64,000 nucleotides of DNA from contig JBKDNL010000028.1 of assembly GCA_046343415.1 (NCBI GenBank), positions 8,103 through 72,102 of the forward strand. The letters run 5' to 3'. Source of the DNA: Betaproteobacteria bacterium. GTDB taxonomy: Bacteria; Pseudomonadota; Gammaproteobacteria; Burkholderiales; Burkholderiaceae_F. Position 1 is the first letter of the stretch, and each line of letters opens with the position of its first letter. The position numbers and the translations under genes are program-made. The notes below the pieces were generated by a model that did not search any database, was not told where the DNA came from, and saw nothing but the letters and a program-made list of their open reading frames with translations. This document shows, one piece after another, positions 8,703 through 15,740 of the stretch.

Positions 8703-9086
8703 TTACTCCTCATGCGTCGTCTGCGGCGCCTTTGGGATAGGCAGCAGCTTGCCGGTAGGCGTGCGCCACTTCCAGGCCATGCCCACGGCCAGCCGATGCA
8801 CGCCCATCGGGTAATCACCGCTGTGCGCGTGCTCGCGGATGTCTTCTTCAACCGCACCGTATAGCCAGCCGCCACACTCGTCGCTCAGCCAGTGCCGGGC
8901 CACCATGCAGTGCGCGCAGACCTTGTGGGTGTTCAGCGCGCCCTCCCACATGAATCGGTCAACGTGATAGCGCTCGCCGGGCGCAATCTCGCGCCCGCAC
9001 TCTTTGCACTAGTGCGTCTTGCGGGACACGGGGTCGGCCTGCGAGAGCATCGTCCCTCGGCCGTCGCCGTTTTCGAGCATGCACAT
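8703..9086 (-). pseudogene. zinc-ribbon protein ORF interrupted by one in-frame TAG (9009-9011)
   Basis: ATG 9084-9086 (GGAG lies 9 nt upstream) opens 25 GC3-rich codons. These are followed by TAG and then, in the same frame, CKECGREIAPGERYHVDRF-MWEG...CAHC (ORF 8703..8951). The first CxxC of the ribbon lies between the TAG and the annotated Met. Confidence 0.6.
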
Positions 9087-9091
9087 GCTTT

Positions 9092-9105
9092 CTAACTCCA
9101 GTTAG
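9092..9105. promoter_or_regulatory. related palindrome CTAAC-TCCA-GTTAG
   Basis: It lies between the stop at 9102 and the ATG at 9086 and contains the GGAG RBS on the minus strand. Confidence 0.45.
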
Positions 9106-9251
9106 GCCACAAAGCGAACGTGCGTGACCAGCCACCACCGCGCCCAGCCGGCCATGCATGCCAGCGCCAGGACACCCAGCGCGGCCAGTACCAGCAGCGT
9201 TTCAAAGATCACACGGTCGATGAACCCGCGTTGTTGGCGTTTCGTATTCAT
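9102..9251 (-). CDS. small membrane protein (49 aa)
   Basis: Hand translation: MNTKRQQRGFIDRVIFETLLVLAALGVLALACMAGWARWWLVTHVRFVA. GGAG lies upstream. It is below the ORF-track size cutoff. Confidence 0.4.
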   Translation of the reverse strand: MNTKRQQRGFIDRVIFETLLVLAALGVLALACMAGWARWWLVTHVRFVA

Positions 9252-9366
9252 AGTCTTCTTCGCTCCGGTTACAGCGCCTAACTTGGCGCTCCATCGGACG
9301 CCATGCTGGCGCCGATGATCTTGGTGTTAGCCGGCACCAATACCCTCGGTGCCGGCATCGCAGCGT

Positions 9367-9603
9367 TTAGGCCACTTGGTGCCAATCTTCGGCCAAGATG
9401 TCGGTCTGCGAGGCCAGCCACGGCACGCGGGCGCCCGGCGTGTTCTGCGCGTCGGCGGGGTAGTTCAGGTACAGGTAAGGCAGCGTCATCTTGCTGTGCG
9501 CGTCGGGCGTTTGCAGCTCCACCCAAAGCCCTTTGCCGTTCCACCCGCTGCGGGCGATCTTGCCGCCGCTTTTGGCGGCCTGAAGTGCGGTTCCAAAGTC
9601 CAT
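9367..9603 (-). CDS. DUF2829 domain protein (Tad2-like family)
   Basis: 78 aa. MDFGTALQAAKSGGKIARSGWNGKGLWVELQ...MTLPYLYL...VPWLASQTDILAEDW is the DUF2829 signature as I recall it. Confidence 0.7.
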   Translation of the reverse strand: MDFGTALQAAKSGGKIARSGWNGKGLWVELQTPDAHSKMTLPYLYLNYPADAQNTPGARVPWLASQTDILAEDWHQVA

Positions 9604-9656
9604 CTTTCGTCCTTCGTTGTGCCGGCGTTCAGCGGGTGCCGGCTAACCCTGCGTGC

Positions 9657-9687
9657 AAGCTGACCGGCCCTGGCGGGCCGGCAGCTT
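9657..9687 (-). other. intergenic GC-rich stem-loop
   Basis: AAGCTGACCGGCCC-TGGC-GGGCCGGCAGCTT lies between the stop at 9704 and the start at 9603. There is no U-tract. Confidence 0.4.
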
Positions 9688-9703
9688 CACTCCACGTTAG
9701 GTT

Positions 9704-10294
9704 TCACAAAGCAGCCCGCAGCGCCCGCACCCACTCGGTTCGCGTTGCAGCGCGGCTTACCTCGTCTGCATGCTCTTTCTCGTGGTACTGCACATCACGC
9801 GACAGGCTTGCGCGGCGCTCGGCCGCCCAGGCTTCGCCAGTCAGTCGCACGGTCGGCGTCTCGCCGTAGTCGCCGCCGCAGTCGAATTTGATGCTCTGCT
9901 CAATCTGCTCGCACATGAACTTGCGCAGTCCCTCATGGTCGGGGGTCGGTGCCTTCCATGCTACGGCCTTTGCCAGCATGGCCCCATAGGCTTCGCGCTG
10001 TTTGCGCTTGTCCTCCAGTCGCATCAAGCGGCTTGTCTCAGCGTCATCCCATGCACATGCGGCGGCGCGCTCCAAATCGGGCGGCGTCATGGCATCCAAC
10101 GCGGCCAGTTCGCCCCGCGCCTTCTCCACGGCTTTCAGGTGGTAGTCGCTGGGCTCAAAGGCTTCTGGTATGCGGTCGCCGCCGCCCGGTTCGTCGCGCA
10201 GCGTCACGCAAGCCCCGAAGGCGCGTGCGCAATTCATCGCGTAGGTTTTGAAGTCGATGCCGTCTTTGATGTCGGCGGTGTATCCAGTAGGCAT
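9704..10294 (-). CDS. hypothetical protein
   Basis: ORF 9704..10327. Start at Met12 (MPTGYTADIKDG) after GGGAGGACTTGAA. Confidence 0.6.
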   Translation of the reverse strand: MPTGYTADIKDGIDFKTYAMNCARAFGACVTLRDEPGGGDRIPEAFEPSDYHLKAVEKARGELAALDAMTPPDLERAAACAWDDAETSRLMRLEDKRKQREAYGAMLAKAVAWKAPTPDHEGLRKFMCEQIEQSIKFDCGGDYGETPTVRLTGEAWAAERRASLSRDVQYHEKEHADEVSRAATRTEWVRALRAAL

Positions 10295-10348
10295 TTCAAG
10301 TCCTCCCAGTGTTGTGGCTTCGTTCACCAGTGGAGCCGAACTGGCGGT

Positions 10349-10382
10349 TCAAGCGGACGCGCCAAAGGCGCGAGCCGCTTGA
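10349..10382 (-). other. intergenic stem-loop
   Basis: TCAAGCGGACGCGCC-AAA-GGCGCGAGCCGCTTGA (8+6 bp with a bulge) lies between the genes ending at 10391 and starting at 10294. Confidence 0.4.
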
Positions 10383-10390
10383 CCTAATCG

Positions 10391-10732
10391 TTAGGCCCAA
10401 GGGGTCCAGGTGCCGCGAATGACGCTGATGCAGTCGCCGCTGTCCAGCATGTAATCACCCTCGCTTGCCTTGTCGTCTGCGGCCTTGATCGCTGCACACA
10501 GCCGCTCGCGCTCTGCGGCCACGGCCTCATCAAGCGCCCGCTCGTCATACAGCGCCACCGCATGCGCGGACCCGCCGACAATCGCCGCATCGTCCTCCGC
10601 GTCCTGCTGGTTGTAGCGCAGGGTGTGCAGCAGCCCGCGTGGGCTGTATCGGTGCGCCCACGCGCAGGGCCTAACTGGCGTTTCGAGCCGACCTTCGTCG
10701 GCATGGGCGCTTTCGCGCTTCGGGTCATTCAT
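10391..10732 (-). CDS. hypothetical protein
   Basis: 113 aa. RBS AAGGAGGCCGAG precedes the ATG. Confidence 0.6.
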   Translation of the reverse strand: MNDPKRESAHADEGRLETPVRPCAWAHRYSPRGLLHTLRYNQQDAEDDAAIVGGSAHAVALYDERALDEAVAAERERLCAAIKAADDKASEGDYMLDSGDCISVIRGTWTPWA

Positions 10733-10761
10733 CTCGGCCTCCTTGTCGGCTCAAACTATCG

Positions 10762-12750
10762 TTACTTGGCGTCGCCGTAGCAGTCAGCCAAGTCGCCTTC
10801 ACTCCACACGACAAGCTCCGGCCACCACGCGAGCGGTGTCCGCAAGAGCGACTGCAGCTTGTCCAGGAGCATCTGTGCCAGGGCCTCGGGCACGACGTAG
10901 GCCAGCTCGTCGTGCACCCGCAGGGCCGGGCGAAGCCCGATCGTGCTGCGCAGTGTGTCCGGGATGCGCTCGGCCACCGTCCACCGGAAGAAGTCGATGC
11001 ACCGCTCCATGATGATGTCGCGCGCCAGGGCTTGCACGAGGTTCTCGCCGACCTTCGGGCCGTAGATGCGGGCGCGGTGCCGCCCCAGTGCGTACCACCA
11101 CTCCTGGCTGATGTACTCCTCGCCATCGGCGCTCACTTTCTTGACCGGCTCCTCGCGCAGGTGCGGGTAGCGGATCAGCCGCCCGTTGGGCAGCACGATG
11201 CCCTCGGGGTGCGTCTTGGTCAGGCCCCACGGGTCAATCGGGCGCACCACGCCTTTGTGGATGGCGCGCAGCGAGTCGTGGCAGGTCTTCCAGCCCTTCA
11301 CGATCTCGATGTGGCGCATGCGCCAGTCGGCCACGTCGGCGGCGGCCTGCTCCTCGGTGATGTCCAGGTCGTCCTCGCGCGCCTTGACGTAATACTTCTT
11401 GGCGCCCATGCCGAAGCCCAGCCCCAGGTTCTCGCGCTTGGACGCCTCCCGCTGCTCCTTGGTGATCTCCTCGGGCGTGCGGCCCAGCTTGATCGCGTAG
11501 GACGCCCGGTAGATGTCGGCCGTGGGGTTCTCCCGCCACAGCTTCGTCGAGTACGGCACTTTCCACAGGGAGTGATTCACCCGCAGCTCGATGCCCGACA
11601 AGTCGGCCACCACCACCTTGTAGCCATCCGGTGCGCGCAGCGACCGGCGCAGGGCGTCGCCGGGCTTGGGCTTGCCGGACCTGACGCTGGGGAAGTTCTG
11701 CGGGTTGTACTCCTCGCCCGAGTCACGGCCGGTGGTGTAGGCGCCCGAATACTTGAGCGGGATGGGCAGCCGGCCACTTGCCAGCTTGCCGGCGGTGACG
11801 ACCTTCTCGATGCGCGTCTCCACCAGGGTGCTCTTGGCCGACAGCCGTGCGCGCGCCGCGGCGGCGACCAGCTCGTTCTCGCTCTCCAGCAGGGCGACGA
11901 AGCCCTCGTCCTTCTTCGCCAGGGCAGGGATCATCTTGTCCGGGTCGCCGGGCGAGGGCTTCATCGGCACGGGCACGCCGAGCTTCTCCAGCAGGGCCGA
12001 GAACTGCGGCTGACTGGACAGGTTCTTGCGCACGTACTCGGCCGTGCCGGCGTCGTCGTGGGCGTTCCACTCCCCCTCGGCGCCCGCGTTTGTCAGCAGG
12101 GTGGCGAGCTGCAGCAGGGACTTGAGCTTGTTGCTGCGCTCGACAGACAGCGCCTGCTCCAGCAGCGGGAAGTCCAGCTCGAACACCGGCTCGGCCCGCA
12201 TGCGGGTCACGCAGTCGATCTGCCACAGCTCGTAGGCGCTGTAGCTCGGGCGCAGGCACTTGAACAGTTCGTAGCACTGGTCAGTGTCCTCGGTGTTGTA
12301 CGCGCGCATGTCGCGCAGCTCGTCGGGCGTGAAGTCCTTCAGCCGCTTGCCCTTGGTCTGGAGCAGGACGCGGTTGTTCTTCACGCCCAGGCCGTAGTGC
12401 TCAACCAGCTTGGCGAGGCTCACGCCCGTCGTCTTCGCGTGCAGCGGCCCGGCCATCGCCATCGTGCAGCCCCACATGCGGGGGCGGATGCCTAACCTGT
12501 AAGCGAAGATATACGAGTCGAACCCGCTCATGTTGTGGCCGAGCAGCATGGCCCGACTGAAGTCGATCTCGGCCAGGGCGCGCTTGATCTGCGGCAGTCC
12601 GAAGTGCACCTTGGTCGGCCCGTCGTTGACCTTCAGCGACAGGCAGATCAGCTCGAAGTGCGGCGACAGCACGTACTCCAGCGGGGACATACGGCTCAGG
12701 CTGTAGTCCGCCGCCCAGTACGTCTCGGCGTCGCTCGTGATGATGTCCAC
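10762..12750 (-). CDS. family A DNA polymerase with N-terminal 3'-5' exonuclease domain
   Basis: 662 aa with a GTG start overlapping the upstream TAG. Exonuclease motifs: SDAETYW, LLGHNMSGFDSYIF. Polymerase motif A VVADLSGIELRV, motif B REASKRENLGLGFGMG, motif C RVHDELAYVV. Confidence 0.9.
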   Translation of the reverse strand: MDIITSDAETYWAADYSLSRMSPLEYVLSPHFELICLSLKVNDGPTKVHFGLPQIKRALAEIDFSRAMLLGHNMSGFDSYIFAYRLGIRPRMWGCTMAMAGPLHAKTTGVSLAKLVEHYGLGVKNNRVLLQTKGKRLKDFTPDELRDMRAYNTEDTDQCYELFKCLRPSYSAYELWQIDCVTRMRAEPVFELDFPLLEQALSVERSNKLKSLLQLATLLTNAGAEGEWNAHDDAGTAEYVRKNLSSQPQFSALLEKLGVPVPMKPSPGDPDKMIPALAKKDEGFVALLESENELVAAAARARLSAKSTLVETRIEKVVTAGKLASGRLPIPLKYSGAYTTGRDSGEEYNPQNFPSVRSGKPKPGDALRRSLRAPDGYKVVVADLSGIELRVNHSLWKVPYSTKLWRENPTADIYRASYAIKLGRTPEEITKEQREASKRENLGLGFGMGAKKYYVKAREDDLDITEEQAAADVADWRMRHIEIVKGWKTCHDSLRAIHKGVVRPIDPWGLTKTHPEGIVLPNGRLIRYPHLREEPVKKVSADGEEYISQEWWYALGRHRARIYGPKVGENLVQALARDIIMERCIDFFRWTVAERIPDTLRSTIGLRPALRVHDELAYVVPEALAQMLLDKLQSLLRTPLAWWPELVVWSEGDLADCYGDAK

Positions 12751-13073
12751 TACTTGCTCCTGAGTGCGCTGTCAGCGAGGCCGCGCAGAATGATGGCGGT
12801 GGTATGGGGTGCGTCGCGGATGCAGCGCAGAGCTGCTTCGAGATCGCGCACCCGCTTCTCTAAAGCGGGGGCCGTTTGCAAATCGGATGGGCGGGTGTAG
12901 AGCTTCACTTCTTGGCCCTCTTGCATGCCGCCGCCCGGCGGATACATTGGGTCGCTCGTTAGCCACCCGCTTTCGTCGTTGAACCAGCGCCACTCCAACA
13001 CTATCGGCTCGTCGCGCGACTCGCCGCCCGCTGCGCCCTGGTCTGTATCTTGTGTTTTGTGTTTGCTAGTCAT
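12750..13073 (-). CDS. hypothetical protein
   Basis: C-terminal 107 codons of ORF 12750..13280. The start MTSKHKTQD overlaps the upstream stop (ATGA). Confidence 0.5.
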   Translation of the reverse strand: MTSKHKTQDTDQGAAGGESRDEPIVLEWRWFNDESGWLTSDPMYPPGGGMQEGQEVKLYTRPSDLQTAPALEKRVRDLEAALRCIRDAPHTTAIILRGLADSALRSK

Positions 13074-13723
13074 CGCTCTGCTCCTAGTAGGTTTGCCCAG
13101 GGGTTGATCTGGCGGGCGAGAAACACGCTCTCGCTTCGGCGCTGCTGACGCACCTTGTCCATGTGCCGGCGGACGGTGGCCTTGCGGTCGTGCTTGGGGC
13201 ACGGCACGTCGGGCTTGTCGCCGAGGGCGAAGACCGCCGCCATCCGGCCGCGCGTGCCGAAGCTGTTCTTCCAGCCGCACACGTAGATTTCCTTCGCCTT
13301 GCGCAGCCGGCGCACCGTCCGGTACACGGTGTCGTCCGGCACGCCAAGCAGGCTCGCGCAGTGCGGGGCGGTGAGGCGGCGGTGCTGCCGGAGCATTGCC
13401 CGGACTTCCAGCAGGTGCTTGTCCTTGGCGCCTGTCCTGCGGTTCTTCGGGTTGGGCTTCGGGGCGTCAACCCCCTTGCCCGCAGCAAACACCCGCACCC
13501 ACGGCGAGTTCGGCCGGGCGTTGCCGCGCTCCCACCGCGCGACGTACAGAAGGCCCCGCTGGTGCATCAGCCTGACGCTCGTGGTCAGTGCCCGCCGTCC
13601 GCTCCTGTCCATCAGCTTCGCCAGGACGTTTACACGCTGCGGGCCGTAGCTCAGCAGGCAGGCCAGGATCGCTCGACGCGCGGAGGTCATAACCCGGCGC
13701 TTCACAGTCGAATCAGTTGTCAT
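13070..13723 (-). CDS. putative DNA-binding protein with two winged-helix-like repeats
   Basis: 217 aa. Two similar modules are present (ILACLLSYGPQRVNVLAKLMDRS...VRVFAAG and VRAMLRQHRRLTAPHCASLLGVPDDTVYRTVRRLRK...AAVFALG). Confidence 0.5.
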   Translation of the reverse strand: MTTDSTVKRRVMTSARRAILACLLSYGPQRVNVLAKLMDRSGRRALTTSVRLMHQRGLLYVARWERGNARPNSPWVRVFAAGKGVDAPKPNPKNRRTGAKDKHLLEVRAMLRQHRRLTAPHCASLLGVPDDTVYRTVRRLRKAKEIYVCGWKNSFGTRGRMAAVFALGDKPDVPCPKHDRKATVRRHMDKVRQQRRSESVFLARQINPWANLLGAER

Positions 13724-13751
13724 TCGTCCTCCAAATCACCTATCACGGGGT

Positions 13752-13780
13752 GGACAATCCCGCAGGGCGCGGGATTGTCT
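13752..13780 (-). repeat. GGACA-N2-CCCGC...GCGGG-N2-TGTCC stem-loop family, copy 1
   Basis: GGACAATCCCGC-AGGGC-GCGGGATTGTCT. It lies 29 nt upstream of the start at 13723. Confidence 0.75.
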
Positions 13781-13787
13781 CACACAC

Positions 13788-13979
13788 TTACATTACGGAA
13801 ATCGAGCGATAGAACACGAGGGGCCACACGGGCACCTCCTGCACCACGCGCTTGTCCAGCAGCGCCTTCTGCAGGCGCTCGGCGTCAGGCGTCATCGCCG
13901 GCCGCAGGCATGAATACGTCATGGGCGTGCGGTGCTCGAAGCGCTGCGGCTGGTATGCCGATCCGATTCTGACTTTCAT
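13788..13979 (-). CDS. hypothetical protein
   Basis: 63 aa. The start overlaps the upstream stop (ATGA). Confidence 0.45.
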   Translation of the reverse strand: MKVRIGSAYQPQRFEHRTPMTYSCLRPAMTPDAERLQKALLDKRVVQEVPVWPLVFYRSISVM

Positions 13980-14218
13980 GCCGCCTCCTTCTCGCGGTCT
14001 TTCAGTGGGTTGCGCCCGTCCGTCTGCATGCCGCAGAAGATCATCAGGCGGATCAGCCGGGCCTCGACCCTGGGCAGGATCACGTCGTCGGGCTGTGGGT
14101 GCTTCGAGGTACGCGCCTCAGCGGCAACGATCTCAGCCGTGGGCATGCCCTCATGCCGCATCAGGGCGCACAGGCGTGCCTCAACACGGCGCAGGCGGGC
14201 GGCCGCCTCGGCCGTCAC
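13976..14218 (-). CDS. hypothetical protein with internal RVEARL-x-LM repeat
   Basis: 80 aa. The GTG start overlaps the upstream TGA (GTGA). Confidence 0.45.
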   Translation of the reverse strand: MTAEAAARLRRVEARLCALMRHEGMPTAEIVAAEARTSKHPQPDDVILPRVEARLIRLMIFCGMQTDGRNPLKDREKEAA

Positions 14219-15690
14219 AGTGCACCTCGCAGGAACTTGATCTTCTCGCGCAGGGCGGCCACCTCCGAGGCGAGGTCGAGGATCAAGATGGCCGCCTCCT
14301 CGGCGTTGCCCTCGACGAAGTCGATGACCTCCTGAGTCTTCAAGCCCTCGACCTCGGCGACGGAGTCCAAGACCGGGTCGTTGATGTCCGGCGACCCGCC
14401 GCGCAGCTTCTCGCCCGCGGTCGGCTTCTTGTTGTGCTTCTTCTTGCCGCCCCCGTGGTTGTGCCCGTCGCGCCAGTCCCGGCCGTACTTATGGTCGAGG
14501 AAGTTGTTGAACGCGTTCGCGCCGTGGCTGCCGTGGCTGCCGTAGTGCCCGCCACCCATCGCGGTGTAGTCGTCCTTGGTGCAGTCGCGGTCGATGGGCA
14601 GGCTCTCCCAGTCAACCTTGATGCACGCATCGCGCAGCGCCACGGCGTGTGCGTAGTCTTGGAACTCCTGCGTGCCGTGCTGGTTCTCGTAGCCCACGCC
14701 CAGGTTGATGCACTCGTGGATCAGCTTGCGGTAGTTCGCCGTGTCCGTGAACACGCCGCGGTCCGAGGGCTTGTATTCAAGGCCGAACACGTTCAGTCGC
14801 TCGGCCAGGGCTGCCGCGTACTTGTCCGAGGCGCACCGCTGCCCGCGCTGATGCGTGATGACCTCGTCGGTGCAGGGTCGGTCGAACGCCACCGCTGCGT
14901 CGAACTTCTGCAAGAACAGCTTGTCCTTCGCGGCCATCTCCTGCGAGCCCAAGCCCCCGCGCTCCTCGCCACGGTGAAAGACATACGTGCCGGGCACTTT
15001 GGCCTTGATCATCTCCAGCATGATCCACACGCCGATGCCGTCGTCAGCCCCCAGGCAGTTGGACTTCGGCGCGTCCTTGCCCGTGTCGAGGAAGATGTGG
15101 CCGAAGTTCGAGTCGTACACGATCTGCTGCTTGCCGTCGTCGCCGTGCACGGTGTCGGTGTGGCACGAGAACAGGGTCGTCGAGTCCTTGCCGTCCGGCC
15201 GGCGGACATGCGCAGCAACACAGCCGAGCTTGCGACTCTCGATCTTGTTCTTCGGCACACCGCGCTGCATGAGTTCGCCCCGCAGCCAGCCCATGAACTC
15301 AATCTCGGTCTTGCTGTCGTACGGCCGCTTGAGCGAGAGGATGTAGGCCAGCGTCTTGTCGACCTCCTCCGGGATCAGGTGCTGAGTCTGCGTGATGAGC
15401 GACTGCTGCACCGGGGCGGGCGAGGGCGACGGCAGCGACGGCGTGCCGTACACAACGATGCGGCCGGTGCCGTCGCAGTTCGCGCAGGGAATCTGCGCGC
15501 CGGTGTGCTCGCAGGTGATCTCGCCCCTGCCCAGGCACATGGCGCACTCGATGGTGCGTCTGGTGGTACCCCCCGTCGCAGCGTTAGCGGCTGCGTTGCC
15601 CGTGTTGATCGCCGCGCCGACCTGTTCCATCAGCCGCGCAGGGTTCGGGAACAGCGTTTCGTGCGTGGCGTCTTCGTCAGTGAAGTGCAT
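14215..15690 (-). CDS. M28-like zinc peptidase domain protein with N-terminal DnaJ-type CxxCxGxG zinc finger
   Basis: 491 aa. Finger: CAMCLGRGEITC...CANCDGTGR. Peptidase motifs: FSCHTDTVH, LGADDGIGVWIMLE, FHRGEERGGLGS. Confidence 0.55.
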   Translation of the reverse strand: MHFTDEDATHETLFPNPARLMEQVGAAINTGNAAANAATGGTTRRTIECAMCLGRGEITCEHTGAQIPCANCDGTGRIVVYGTPSLPSPSPAPVQQSLITQTQHLIPEEVDKTLAYILSLKRPYDSKTEIEFMGWLRGELMQRGVPKNKIESRKLGCVAAHVRRPDGKDSTTLFSCHTDTVHGDDGKQQIVYDSNFGHIFLDTGKDAPKSNCLGADDGIGVWIMLEMIKAKVPGTYVFHRGEERGGLGSQEMAAKDKLFLQKFDAAVAFDRPCTDEVITHQRGQRCASDKYAAALAERLNVFGLEYKPSDRGVFTDTANYRKLIHECINLGVGYENQHGTQEFQDYAHAVALRDACIKVDWESLPIDRDCTKDDYTAMGGGHYGSHGSHGANAFNNFLDHKYGRDWRDGHNHGGGKKKHNKKPTAGEKLRGGSPDINDPVLDSVAEVEGLKTQEVIDFVEGNAEEAAILILDLASEVAALREKIKFLRGAL

Positions 15691-15708
15691 GTGGTTCTCC
15701 GAGTTAGC

Positions 15709-15738
15709 GGGACAAGCCCGCGGGTTGCGGGAATGTCC
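15709..15738 (-). repeat. GGACA...TGTCC stem-loop family, copy 2
   Basis: GGACAAGCCCGC-GGGTT-GCGGGAATGTCC. It lies between the stop at 15741 and the start at 15690. Confidence 0.75.
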
Positions 15739-15740
15739 GG

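Noticed and set aside
9009-9011. Genome-wide reassignment of TAG (amber recoding) to explain the in-frame TAG and the abundance of CTAG words.
   Set aside because: TAG is the terminator of many well-supported genes here. Examples are the stops at 3985, 5018, 12750, 18240, 19040, 22206, 26146, 34005, 46653, 48903, 49535, 50023 and 61953. Only one in-frame case was seen.
10912-12495. Long ORFs antisense to or out of frame with recognised genes (e.g. 10912..12495 +, 13852..15960 +, 15993..17999 +, 29738..31096 -, 47548..49194 -, 55319..57223 -, 52843..53865 -).
   Set aside because: These are typical shadow ORFs of high-GC DNA. Their translations are Arg/Pro/Ala/Gly-rich with no motifs. Each lies fully inside a gene with clear family signatures or much better third-position GC bias.
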